Shown in pieces: positions 30,477 to 38,406 of a DNA stretch of 41,785 nucleotides. The DNA is from a virus, in the IMG/VR virus record IMGVR_UViG_3300046615_000228, positions 1-41,785 of that record; one strand, given 5' to 3'. Position numbers and translations under genes: made by a program. The notes below the pieces were generated by a model. The model had not been told where the DNA came from. It searched no databases and saw only the letters and a list, made by a program, of their open reading frames with translations. Positions within the stretch are counted from its first letter, which is position 1. Each line of letters opens with the position of its first letter.

Positions 30477-30638
30477 ATGGCTAAGTCTGTGCAGATGGCG
30501 CGGTGCATGTGGCGCTGCTGGAACATAGCGGCGCGCGTTGAAACGCCATACGGTATCGCGTGGCCCTATTCCCAGCCGTTCCGAAAGTACGCCAGCAAAT
30601 ACCTGCGCCGCCACGCGCAGCGGCATGGGGGTGGGTGA
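30477..30638 (+). CDS. Hypothetical basic small protein (53 aa)
   Basis: ATG preceded by GGAAGGGGGAGAGA. Sequence MAKSVQMARCMWRCWNIAARVETPYGIAWPYSQPFRKYASKYLRRHAQRHGGG. TGATG overlap with the next gene. Confidence 0.4.
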   Translation: MAKSVQMARCMWRCWNIAARVETPYGIAWPYSQPFRKYASKYLRRHAQRHGGG

Positions 30639-30901
30639 TGGGCGATGTCCAATCGTTCGACCCGGTGAACGGCCAGAATATCGGCAACATTCCGCACATG
30701 CTCCGCTGGTGGGCGGATGCAATCGAGCGCGGCGAAAAAGAGGCGGAAACCGTGCTGCTGGTGCAGATACATGCGGGACCGATGCAGGCCCCGGAGTTGT
30801 TCTCGTTTGGGCGCAACGCCCTGCCGGTAGAGGTAGCAGGATCGCTCCAGTATTGCGCCAGCCTTGCATTGACTCTCCTGAACCGAGGGGGGCAAGGCTG
30901 A
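30638..30901 (+). CDS. Hypothetical protein (87 aa)
   Basis: Starts MGDVQSFDPVNGQNIGNIPHMLRWWADAIERGE... Coupled at both ends. Confidence 0.55.
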   Translation: MGDVQSFDPVNGQNIGNIPHMLRWWADAIERGEKEAETVLLVQIHAGPMQAPELFSFGRNALPVEVAGSLQYCASLALTLLNRGGQG

Positions 30902-31221
30902 TGCGCGGCAAAATATGCGGAATGCTTGTCGCCGAGTACCGCGATGCGCTTTACAAGCAAGCGTTGGAACATTTTGGATTTGTCCCGTGCTTCGTCTGCG
31001 GGGAGCATATCGAGCCCCGCGCCAAATCGCTTGAACACATTAGGCCAAAGGTTATGGGCGGAAACAGCAGAGACCCGAACAACCTTACGCTATCGCATAA
31101 GAGGTGCAACATCCGACGGAATTGGCGCCCCTTGTTTCGCCTGTTGCGCGGCCAGCCTTACGAGGCTGCGCATGTGCGGCACCCTGCAAAACCCCTCGTC
31201 CCCAGCGCGGGAGGCGCGTGA
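30901..31221 (+). CDS. HNH endonuclease (small, classical HNHc)
   Basis: CFVCGEHIEPRAKSLEHIRPKVMGGNSRDPNNLTLSHKRCN. Confidence 0.8.
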   Translation: MRGKICGMLVAEYRDALYKQALEHFGFVPCFVCGEHIEPRAKSLEHIRPKVMGGNSRDPNNLTLSHKRCNIRRNWRPLFRLLRGQPYEAAHVRHPAKPLVPSAGGA

Positions 31222-31222
31222 T

Positions 31223-31474
31223 ATGTGGCCTTTCAGAAAGAAGTCCGCACCCACTCCGCCTGTCGAACCGAAGGCCGGCGAATGCTGGATTTTCACCCAC
31301 GTCGACGGCCCGTGGCCTCGCGAGGATGGATATGGTCTGGTCAAAATCCGTGACGTGGCAGATGGTTGGGTGCGCTATGACCTCCCCCACTTTCCCGACC
31401 AGCGTATGCGAATCGAATCATTCGTTCGCATGTACCGTTGGGTCACGGACAGCGCGGGAGGCGCGGGAGGATGA
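31223..31474 (+). CDS. Hypothetical protein (83 aa)
   Basis: ATG 2 nt after the HNH stop. Starts MWPFRKKSAPTPPVEPKAGECWIF... Confidence 0.55.
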   Translation: MWPFRKKSAPTPPVEPKAGECWIFTHVDGPWPREDGYGLVKIRDVADGWVRYDLPHFPDQRMRIESFVRMYRWVTDSAGGAGG

Positions 31475-31689
31475 GTGACCTATGGCTTGAACCCGCCGAG
31501 GTCGTGGAACTGACCGCTAAGAAGCGGTGGGCGGCGCAGTGTCGCGAGCTGGCGGCAATGGGCGTACCGTTCATGCCGAACGCCGTAGGGCGGCCCCTGG
31601 TCGAACGTGCGGCGGTGTGCAAGGCGACCGCGAAGCCGAAGGCCAAGCGCGGCCCTAACTGGGATGCCTTGAGGAAGGACGCGGCCTAA
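31471..31689 (+). CDS. DUF4224-like protein, probable excisionase / directionality factor
   Basis: LEPAEVVELTAKKRWAAQCRELAAMGVPFMPNAVGRPLV pattern. ATGA-coupled upstream and TAATG-coupled to the integrase. Confidence 0.65.
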   Translation: MSDLWLEPAEVVELTAKKRWAAQCRELAAMGVPFMPNAVGRPLVERAAVCKATAKPKAKRGPNWDALRKDAA

Positions 31690-32675
31690 TGGGACGCAAG
31701 CGCACCCGCGACAAGCATCTGCCCGCGAACATGCAGCGCAAGCACGGGGCGTACTACTTCGTGAAGGCGGGCAAGTGGAATCCGCTGGCGAAGGACTACC
31801 CCTCGGCGCTGGTGAAATATGCCGCGCTGATCGGTGCCCCGCCGAAGGTCCGCACGGTGAAGGATGCGGTGTGGCACTACATAGAGGCCAGTACCGGACG
31901 ACTCGCGGACAAGACGCTGGCGGGCTACCGGATTTCAGCGGCCAACGTCTGCACGGTGTTTGGCGGAATGGCGCTGGAAGACGTGACGGCGGCGGACGTG
32001 TATCGCTACCTCACCGAAAAGGGCAACGTACAGGCAAACCGCGACCGCGCCCTGTTGTCTGCCGCCTACAGCGAGGCCCGCCGCATCGGCGCGTTTCCGA
32101 AGGCATCCGACGATCCCACCAAGGGGCTGGAGTACCGCAACCCGGAAAAGCCGCGCACGCGCTATGTGACGGATGCGGAGCTGGACGCGATCATTGCGGC
32201 GGCCAGTCCCAAGCTGGGCTGCATCGCCCGCTTCATCGAACTGACCGGGATGCGCCAGGGCGATGCGCTGGGCGTGAAGCTGGCGGACCTAGACGACGAC
32301 GGCTTCACGTATTGGAACAGCAAGGGCAAGAAATGGCAGGGGCTGGAGTGGTCGCCGGAGCTAACCGCCACGGTCGAGGACGCCAAACGCCTATGGCGTC
32401 GGTTCGGGCGGGAGTGGCTGTTTGAGTCGAACCCGAAAGGCAAGCACAAGGAGCGAGGAATCGGCCCGTACACGCCGAGCGGACTGCGCGCCCTATGGCG
32501 GGTAGCGCGGACCAAGGCGGGGCTTACAGACGTGCGCCTGCACGATCTGCGCGCTAAGGCGGGCAGTGACGTAGGGAGCAACGAGGACGCGCAACGGCTG
32601 CTTGGGCACGCCGATGGCAAGGTGACGCGCCGACACTACAGGCGCAAGGTGGAGCGGTCGAAGCCTGTCCGCTGA
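31689..32675 (+). CDS. int: Tyrosine integrase
   Basis: 328 aa. R...HDLRAKAGSDV...LLGHADGKVTRRHY catalytic signature. N-terminal SAM-like domain. Confidence 0.95.
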   Translation: MGRKRTRDKHLPANMQRKHGAYYFVKAGKWNPLAKDYPSALVKYAALIGAPPKVRTVKDAVWHYIEASTGRLADKTLAGYRISAANVCTVFGGMALEDVTAADVYRYLTEKGNVQANRDRALLSAAYSEARRIGAFPKASDDPTKGLEYRNPEKPRTRYVTDAELDAIIAAASPKLGCIARFIELTGMRQGDALGVKLADLDDDGFTYWNSKGKKWQGLEWSPELTATVEDAKRLWRRFGREWLFESNPKGKHKERGIGPYTPSGLRALWRVARTKAGLTDVRLHDLRAKAGSDVGSNEDAQRLLGHADGKVTRRHYRRKVERSKPVR

Positions 32676-32692
32676 TTTCCTGACGAACGGCA

Positions 32693-32721
32693 TTGACGTG
32701 TGACTAGTCACAAGGTAGGCT
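32693..32721 (+). promoter_or_regulatory. Putative moron promoter with an embedded 14-bp perfect palindrome
   Basis: TTGACG (32693-32698), 17-nt spacer, TAGGCT (32716-32721). The palindrome TGTGACTAGTCACA (32699-32712) fills the spacer. Confidence 0.45.
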
Positions 32722-32748
32722 AGCCACACAGTCAACGAGGCGGCCAAC

Positions 32749-32961
32749 ATGATCCGGAACAGCAAGCAGGTATGGGAAGTCGGCGAGGCGGTCAAGGTCG
32801 GTTTCATGCGACTCTTGGTCGCCGCCAAGGTTCCGACTCCAGGCGACTTCGCCCCGGACGCCTACGTTCTGACGAATCAGGGCGCCACCAAGTTTTACCG
32901 ATTCGTGCCGCACAATGGCCTGACGAGCCACGGCTCGATGTGCGAAGCGATGCAGGGTTGA
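32749..32961 (+). CDS. Hypothetical protein (70 aa) between int and the tRNA fragments (moron candidate)
   Basis: GAGG RBS. Sequence MIRNSKQVWEVGEAVKVGFMRLLVAAKVPTPGDFAPDAYVLTNQGATKFYRFVPHNG... Confidence 0.5.
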   Translation: MIRNSKQVWEVGEAVKVGFMRLLVAAKVPTPGDFAPDAYVLTNQGATKFYRFVPHNGLTSHGSMCEAMQG

Positions 32962-32978
32962 GATAGTCATTGCGGGTG

Positions 32979-33002
32979 GAGGGTTCGATTCCCTCGCTGG
33001 CA
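32979..33002 (+). other. tRNA 3'-end fragment A (T-arm plus acceptor strand only)
   Basis: GAGGG-TTCGATT-CCCTC followed by GCTGGCA. No D arm or anticodon arm upstream. Confidence 0.55.
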
Positions 33003-33012
33003 AGTACGGTGG

Positions 33013-33036
33013 CCGGGTTCAAATCCCGGCAGGCGA
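33013..33036 (+). other. tRNA 3'-end fragment B (T-arm plus acceptor strand only)
   Basis: CCGGG-TTCAAAT-CCCGG followed by CAGGCGA. Lies 10 nt after fragment A. Confidence 0.55.
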
Positions 33037-33105
33037 TTGGGGTGGCGAAAGCCTTAAATGGTGCCCAGCCGATCATGGTGTAGCCGGAAAGCCAGCACAG
33101 CCGCA

Positions 33106-33297
33106 ATGACTATCAAGCCAAACAACAACGCAGACCGACAAGCCAGTAGCCGCAAGGCGCGGGCCGCGGCAGGCGGCAAACAAATCGCCGTGATGCTCAC
33201 GCCCGAGGCAGCCGCGAAGCTGTCTGCGTGGGTCGCGCGAGGCGAAACCATTGCCTCCATCGTCAACCGACTACTGGCCCGATCCAAGCCCGGCTGA
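33106..33297 (+). CDS. Ribbon-helix-helix (CopG/Arc-like) protein
   Basis: 63 aa from ATG 33106. KQIAVMLTPEAAAKLSAWVARGETIASIVNRLL is a typical RHH strand-helix-helix. Confidence 0.6.
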   Translation: MTIKPNNNADRQASSRKARAAAGGKQIAVMLTPEAAAKLSAWVARGETIASIVNRLLARSKPG

Positions 33298-33424
33298 CTG
33301 TCTAAAACGAACCGCCCCTTGACCGTCGTTACTACGTTTCAGTGGGTCAGAATTGCCGGATATGTGACAGGCGGACTAGCCAAAACCCCCTGAAAAACAG
33401 CCTTCCTATCGCACTTGCAATAGA

Positions 33425-33472
33425 TGACTGTTAATCAGGGGGTCGTTGGTTCGAGTCCAACTTCGGGCGCCA
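33425..33472 (+). other. tRNA 3' half (Asn-GTT-like anticodon loop to CCA). Most likely the attP core.
   Basis: tga-CTGTTAA-TCAGG-GGGTC-GTTGG-TTCGAGT-CCAAC-TTCGGGC-G-CCA. The upstream sequence cannot form the 5' acceptor, D arm or full anticodon stem. Confidence 0.65.
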
Positions 33473-33509
33473 AAAACAGGCGGTTTTTCGTGATTTAGCC
33501 GAAACCGCC
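33472..33509 (-). terminator. Intrinsic terminator ending the late operon
   Basis: Minus strand GGCGGTTT-N15-AAACCGCC followed by TGTTTTTGG. Lies downstream of the last tail gene (stop at 33563). Confidence 0.55.
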
Positions 33510-33562
33510 CGCTCAAATATCAACGAATGTCTACTACTTTCACCCTCGCCGACCGGCTGGGG

Positions 33563-34003
33563 TTAGCCGATCCGTCGCGCGCTAACGTTGTCCACGGTGC
33601 CAGCACCACCGCCGCCCGCCGCGAAACCCAAGAAAGACTGCGAATCATTGGCAACGAAGGTGAACGAGAACGAGCCGCTGCGGCCGGTCGGCGAGCCTGA
33701 CAACGCGCCAGCCTGCCCCGCAGTATCCCATGCACCGCAAAAACAGGCATTGCCGGTATTGACCGCCCATACGCGATAGGTCGCCCCGGCCACCGTCGCG
33801 ATGCTCTGCTCCAAGTAGCCAGACCCGGCCGCGAGATTGGCAACGCCGCCAGAGATCGTGACCAGCGCCCCCTTTGTCCATGACGCGTCAACGTCGAAGC
33901 CGCCGTTTGTTACCAGTTCGGGTCCGAATGAACCACCGCCTTCCGTAACCCCGCGGGCGAGGGGGCCGAGAAGAGGACGGAGTATGGGAAGAGTAATGCT
34001 CAT
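33563..34003 (-). CDS. Tail-fibre module protein with a shared N-terminal anchor motif and a CBM/jelly-roll-like domain
   Basis: 146 aa from ATG 34003 (TAATG overlap). Starts MSITLPILRPLLGPLARGVTEGGG, then NGGFDVDASWTKG..., typical of carbohydrate-binding modules. Confidence 0.65.
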   Translation of the reverse strand: MSITLPILRPLLGPLARGVTEGGGSFGPELVTNGGFDVDASWTKGALVTISGGVANLAAGSGYLEQSIATVAGATYRVWAVNTGNACFCGAWDTAGQAGALSGSPTGRSGSFSFTFVANDSQSFLGFAAGGGGAGTVDNVSARRIG

Positions 34004-35694
34004 TAGTAAGTCGCCCCGCTTGTGACGTGGGTCCACACCGTGCCATTGCAGTAGACCGGCCCCTTGCCGCACGCAAGCCCCGCATTGAGGTTGTAGGCCA
34101 TATCGCCGTCCCGCTTGGTGATGCGGTCCACGGCCAGCCGTATTCCGAACGAGCGGCAATAGACGTTCTGCGCGGCGGTCTTGAACAGCCCATTTCCTGC
34201 CGTATTTTCAGCGATGCCGGTGAACTCCATGCTGGCGGAAGCATTCTGGATCGAAACGAAATCGCCCGTGATGAGCCGAAATCCCGCGAAGTTCGCCACC
34301 AGCAGCGTTGATGCCGTGTGCGTGATGGCTGCGCCGTTCGCCGGGGTGTCATGCAGGCCGGACACATCGAGGAAATTCACCGCAGAGGTGTCGCCCACAT
34401 ACAGCAGAGTCGAGCCGGTCAGGGCGCAATCCTTCACCGCGAGCTGCTTCACCGTGGCCGCGCCAGAGACGCTTATGGTGCGCGTGCTGGCATTGACCAG
34501 CGACCCATGCGGGTTGCGCACGACCAGCGCATCCACCGGGCCGCCCGTGACCCGCACGCCTTGCATGGACGCTCCGGCAGCGTCCTCCAGCTTCAGCCCG
34601 TCCACCGTGAGGTTTAGGGTTCGGGCGTTCGCCGTCGTGTCCACTTGGACGCCGTAATGCACCACGCTTGCCATCGCACTGGCGGGCGCGATGTTGCGGA
34701 AGGTGATCCGGCCGTACTTGGTGCCGCTAAATGACCCGGTGTAGTAGAGCCGGGCCTGGGCATACCCGGCATTTAGGTTCGTGACGCTTACCCCGTCCAC
34801 CAGGATGTTGTCGAAGATTCCACCGAGCGCGAAGGCGTCGAACAGGGACACGCCAGCCCCCGACACCGTGCCGGAAACGTCGCGCACGGTGATGTTCTTC
34901 ATATCCCCTGGCGACGTTACATTGCCGCTGTTCGGGTTGATAAACAGATTGACGCCCGAAACGCCGGACACCGATCCCGACTGTACTGGCCGGATGCGCT
35001 CAACTACCACGCCGTCAATGGTGCCCTTTGAGTAGTCGTATGCCGCATAGTCCGCACAGCCGAGCGCCACGAAGTCATCGTGCGAGTTGCCAGAAATGTC
35101 GTGTATCCAGCCGTTAGACGCGGGGCCGGTCACGTGCACGCCATCGGATGCGGACGCCACGATGATGTTGCCCACTTCAAAGAGGGTCACGTCCGAGAGG
35201 GAAACCGCGTACTTGCCCGAGGTGCTGGTAATGCTGCGCGGCGTGACGACGAGGCCGTCAACCTTGTTGAATAGGAAACGATGCGTGTTGCCATCGACAG
35301 CCCCGGCCGTCCAGTCGCCGCCGATGATGGCGATATTGGAGTCCCGGCCCGCGATCAGCGCGTTCTCGTTTTTAACCATCGGGTTTGTCGTGGATGGCGT
35401 GGTGATCGTGCAGCCCGTCAAATCCAGCGTTGTGTTGGACTTGATTACCAGCGTCCCGCCGTTCAAGTCATAGGACGCGCCCTTCGTTCCACGCACAATG
35501 GGGCGCCCCGAGTTAAGCGCCGCCTGCATCTTAATCAGGGTGGTTGCGCCCGCGTAGTCCTCGATAACAGCGATGTTGCCGATCATCGGCGTTACGGAAG
35601 TGAGGCGGCGCACGGCTCCGCTCACTACGCCGAGCACGGAATCGCCGACCGCTGGGGTGCCTATGGCAATGGTTGGAACCTGTACGTCTGCCAT
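34003..35694 (-). CDS. Tailspike / depolymerase with a right-handed parallel beta-helix
   Basis: 563 aa. Periodic beta-helix rungs (NIAIIGGDW, VTLFEVGNIIV, DGVHVTG, NITVRDVSG, NILVDGVSV, LVVRNPHG, LAVKDCAL). Confidence 0.8.
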   Translation of the reverse strand: MADVQVPTIAIGTPAVGDSVLGVVSGAVRRLTSVTPMIGNIAVIEDYAGATTLIKMQAALNSGRPIVRGTKGASYDLNGGTLVIKSNTTLDLTGCTITTPSTTNPMVKNENALIAGRDSNIAIIGGDWTAGAVDGNTHRFLFNKVDGLVVTPRSITSTSGKYAVSLSDVTLFEVGNIIVASASDGVHVTGPASNGWIHDISGNSHDDFVALGCADYAAYDYSKGTIDGVVVERIRPVQSGSVSGVSGVNLFINPNSGNVTSPGDMKNITVRDVSGTVSGAGVSLFDAFALGGIFDNILVDGVSVTNLNAGYAQARLYYTGSFSGTKYGRITFRNIAPASAMASVVHYGVQVDTTANARTLNLTVDGLKLEDAAGASMQGVRVTGGPVDALVVRNPHGSLVNASTRTISVSGAATVKQLAVKDCALTGSTLLYVGDTSAVNFLDVSGLHDTPANGAAITHTASTLLVANFAGFRLITGDFVSIQNASASMEFTGIAENTAGNGLFKTAAQNVYCRSFGIRLAVDRITKRDGDMAYNLNAGLACGKGPVYCNGTVWTHVTSGATY

Positions 35695-35703
35695 GTGGGC
35701 TCC

Positions 35704-35865
35704 TTATGCGGTCAGGCGGTTGGAGGATTCGTCGGTTAGACGGTTTCCAGATTCGTCGGTGATGTAGTCGCCAGATTGCGGCGTTCTACCCCCACCCCCC
35801 GCCTCCGTAACAGCGCGGGAGAGGGGGGAGAGGATGGGGCGGGTGATGCAGCGGGTGATGGGCAT
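35704..35865 (-). CDS. Small tail-module protein (53 aa) with the shared anchor motif and TDESxNRL repeats
   Basis: Not in the track. MPITRCITRPILSPLSRAVTEAGGGGRTPQSGDYITDESGNRLTDESSNRLTA. AAGGA RBS. Its stop is embedded in the AAGGAG RBS of the tailspike gene. Confidence 0.5.
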   Translation of the reverse strand: MPITRCITRPILSPLSRAVTEAGGGGRTPQSGDYITDESGNRLTDESSNRLTA

Positions 35866-35874
35866 TATCTGTCC

Positions 35875-37365
35875 TTAGAATCGGGTGACGGTGACGTTCA
35901 GGTCAGACACCGTGATGTTGGTTGTCGCCGTGTCGTTGGCGACGAACACTTCCACGTAATCGTTGGTGGACAGCGAGACCATTGCCTGTGTGCCGATATT
36001 GGAAGCGGCGCCGCTGCCGGAGGTCTGGAATCGCGACGTGCTTTCGGCCATCGTGGTGCCATTGACGGCCACACGCATCCGCAGGTTCTGGTTATTGCCC
36101 GAGGTCATAGAGGCGAACACGGTCACGAGGAACGAGCCAGGGAACGCGCCCGTGTATTGAGCGCGGTTACTGGTCGAATTGCTGAACTTCTGTGTGACTG
36201 ACGTAACTTCCGTCGTGGTGCCCGCGATCTTGACGAATGTGCCCGTGCTGGCAATCGTGGTGGCCGTGGCGCTGCCGGTCATGTAGTACTGAGTGACGGC
36301 GTTGGAATTGGTGATCCCTGAGCAGTTAAAAAACAGCGCCTTGTTCGACGTGTGCGTGATGCCCGCCAGATATGTGCCCGCACCCGCGAAGCTCACGTTG
36401 TCGAGGATGTATGCCTCGCTGGGGATCGTGGCCGAGGTGCTGAAGTTGATGCCGGTTTCGCCTGCATCCACCTGAAACGCCGTGTACAGCATCCGGAATC
36501 GACGCAGGAAGGTCGCCGTGGACGGAACCGTGATGGTGGTCTGCCCTGCGCGGCCATCGAACAGGGCCGTTTCCGCGACGAAGGACGCAAACGTGCCGTC
36601 CAGCGTCAGGTTCGCGGAGTTGGAAATGATCTGATCTTTCCAGACGACGTTCTGGTAATCCTTCACCGTGCCGATGGTCGGGGTGTCCAGAATGCGGCAG
36701 CCCTCCCACAGCAGGACGTGGGTCACGTCGCTGTCCAGGCTAAACAACGTGCCCGTGTTGGCCGTGAGCTGGATGTAGCGGAACGACAGGGACGAGGCCG
36801 ACGTGATCCACGTGGACGAGCCGCCACCCGAGAACAGCAGGCCGCAGGTATTGGCCGACGCGCCAATCAGCGAGTTATTCGTGCCGCAGACGATCCGGTC
36901 GCCCGCCATATCGATGATGTCGGTGAGCAGATAGCAGGCGTCATCCTCTAGCGTGACCACGCCAGCCACTGCATCCGGCAAGTCGGCCTTGGTGTTGACA
37001 ACCACGTAGGCGGGCGAAATCAGGTGATGCCAGCCCTTGTTGCCGTTGGAGTCCGTGCCATAGGTCCGCGTCGGGCCGGGGTTGGTCTCGTCGCCGTCTA
37101 GCGTGACGTTGAACACGCCGCCTTCCAGCGTGCCGCCAACCTCTACAGAGCCGCCGCCGTTGATGACGAAGGACACGGAGCTATCCTGCGGCGGGATGGT
37201 CGCCACGTCGCCATCCGGGGAGCCCAGCGCCGAGGCAATGGCAGCAATGTCCGACTCCGTAGCGGAAGCCGAATTGCTCAGCCCCTCCAGCCAGCGCCTA
37301 AAGGTGACGGACGCAAGGCTGCCATCCTGCGTGATGGCCTCCCGGTGATTAGGGAGCGAACTCAC
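35875..37365 (-). CDS. Tail fibre / receptor-binding protein
   Basis: 496 aa, GTG start in a GTGA overlap. N-terminal ITQDGSLASVTFRRWLEGL, a central beta-rich region and a C-terminal jelly-roll-like domain. Confidence 0.75.
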   Translation of the reverse strand: MSSLPNHREAITQDGSLASVTFRRWLEGLSNSASATESDIAAIASALGSPDGDVATIPPQDSSVSFVINGGGSVEVGGTLEGGVFNVTLDGDETNPGPTRTYGTDSNGNKGWHHLISPAYVVVNTKADLPDAVAGVVTLEDDACYLLTDIIDMAGDRIVCGTNNSLIGASANTCGLLFSGGGSSTWITSASSLSFRYIQLTANTGTLFSLDSDVTHVLLWEGCRILDTPTIGTVKDYQNVVWKDQIISNSANLTLDGTFASFVAETALFDGRAGQTTITVPSTATFLRRFRMLYTAFQVDAGETGINFSTSATIPSEAYILDNVSFAGAGTYLAGITHTSNKALFFNCSGITNSNAVTQYYMTGSATATTIASTGTFVKIAGTTTEVTSVTQKFSNSTSNRAQYTGAFPGSFLVTVFASMTSGNNQNLRMRVAVNGTTMAESTSRFQTSGSGAASNIGTQAMVSLSTNDYVEVFVANDTATTNITVSDLNVTVTRF

Positions 37366-38162
37366 ACGCGCAGACCGATTGCCACGTACTTGAACGTAAC
37401 GGCGGCATTGAAGTTGTACTGGCTCTGCGAGTCGTCAATTTCGCCCATCGTGAAATTGACGGTAAACCCGGTCGTGGAGCTGGTCGGGATCGCCCATGAA
37501 GGCATGTTGGTGCCGCTGGATAGGCTGGAGTTGGTGACCTGAATCCCGATCCAGACAGGCGTCGTGGTGAACGGGGTCGCAAAGACCACCGTGGCCGCCT
37601 GAGTACGGCCGCCCAGGTTGGTGCCCGTGCCCGTGCCGCTGAGCACGTACATATCGTTAACGCTGAACTCCGTCGTGGTCTGCGACACGTCAGACGTACC
37701 CGCCGCGCCGTCCGCAGGCTTGGCGATCCACGACAGGGACGTGCCATCGGTGGATAGCACCTTGTTAGCGTTGCCGGACGGGTCCGGGACTTCGCGCACG
37801 CTGGCCCACGACAGGGAGCTACCGTTGGTGGTCAGAAACTTGCCCGAATTGCCCGACTGCGATGGGATCGAGGCTCCGGCACCCCCCTCCTCCTGCACCG
37901 GGTCGGCCTCGTCCACCAGCACGCCGTCTGCGTCATACAGGCGCACGCGGTACACGCCCGAGCCCCACACGTCAGACGGCAGGCGGCCAGCGCTGTCTAG
38001 CGTGACCTCATTGCCGAGGTTCACGGATAGGGCAGAGTCGGAATAGACCGACTTTGGGGTCTCCGTCAGGGTGTCGTAGAAACGCAGCTCCCCGCCCGCC
38101 AGGGGTTGGAACGTGTTGTCTACGTAAACGACGAGGGGGTTCGCTGGGCGAAATGCGGCCAT
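37362..38162 (-). CDS. Tail fibre protein with an internal repeat and a possible H-type-lectin-like C-terminal domain
   Basis: 266 aa. Repeats GNSGKFLTTNGSSLSWASV / GNANKVLSTDGTSLSWIAKP. C-terminus ATVVFATPFTTTPVWIGIQV...TTGFTVNF. Confidence 0.75.
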   Translation of the reverse strand: MAAFRPANPLVVYVDNTFQPLAGGELRFYDTLTETPKSVYSDSALSVNLGNEVTLDSAGRLPSDVWGSGVYRVRLYDADGVLVDEADPVQEEGGAGASIPSQSGNSGKFLTTNGSSLSWASVREVPDPSGNANKVLSTDGTSLSWIAKPADGAAGTSDVSQTTTEFSVNDMYVLSGTGTGTNLGGRTQAATVVFATPFTTTPVWIGIQVTNSSLSSGTNMPSWAIPTSSTTGFTVNFTMGEIDDSQSQYNFNAAVTFKYVAIGLRV

Positions 38163-38175
38163 CCGTGGCTCCTAA

Positions 38176-38201
38176 AGTGAAAACCCCGCACGGGGCGGGG
38201 T
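38176..38201 (-). terminator. Hairpin plus T-run on the late strand, just upstream of the tail-fibre RBS
   Basis: Minus strand ACCCCGC-CCCGT-GCGGGGT followed by TTTTCACTTT. The GGAG RBS and ATG 38162 follow. Confidence 0.45.
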
Positions 38202-38241
38202 GTGGTATGGTTTTGGGACGACTGGCCGGGCGAGGTCCGGG

Positions 38242-38400
38242 ATGCAGAAGTCAACGATGATCGCGATGGTTCTGGCGCCGCTTCTGGCCCCTGCTGTCCG
38301 GTGGGCCATGTTGCAGCCGGGTCGCCGACTGACCGCCTACTTGCAGCGACGCATTCAAAGTCCCAAGCTTCGCAGCATCGTCTTTAAACGCATCTGGTGA
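38242..38400 (+). CDS. Small membrane/secreted protein (52 aa) on the opposite strand
   Basis: MQKSTMIAMVLAPLLAPAVRWAMLQPGRRLTAYLQRRIQSPKLRSIVFKRIW. Hand-counted GC3 is about 73%. There is no competing minus-strand ORF. Confidence 0.4.
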   Translation: MQKSTMIAMVLAPLLAPAVRWAMLQPGRRLTAYLQRRIQSPKLRSIVFKRIW

Positions 38401-38406
38401 CCGTCC

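Noticed and set aside
30177-31038. Minus-strand ORFs of 244 aa and 185 aa, and the 227-aa and 182-aa N-terminally extended plus ORFs (30538..31221, 30926..31474).
   Set aside because: The minus ORFs are shadow frames. The plus ORFs were trimmed to internal starts (30901, 31223) that sit at stop/start overlaps and begin the recognisable HNH and downstream proteins.
33397-33472. A complete tRNA gene ending in CCA.
   Set aside because: Only the anticodon loop, variable region, T-arm and 3' acceptor strand are present. The upstream sequence (gccttcctatcgcacttgcaatagatga) cannot pair with the acceptor (4 of 7 at best), gives no D arm, and pairs only 3 bp of the anticodon stem.
33563-38162. Search for a BPP-1-style diversity-generating retroelement (reverse transcriptase, TR/VR repeat pair) in the tail-fibre region.
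   Set aside because: No reverse-transcriptase-like ORF exists anywhere in the window. I saw no adenine-mismatched repeat pair near the 3' ends of the fibre genes. The only repeats are the intragenic protein duplication in 37362..38162 and the shared N-terminal anchor motif.
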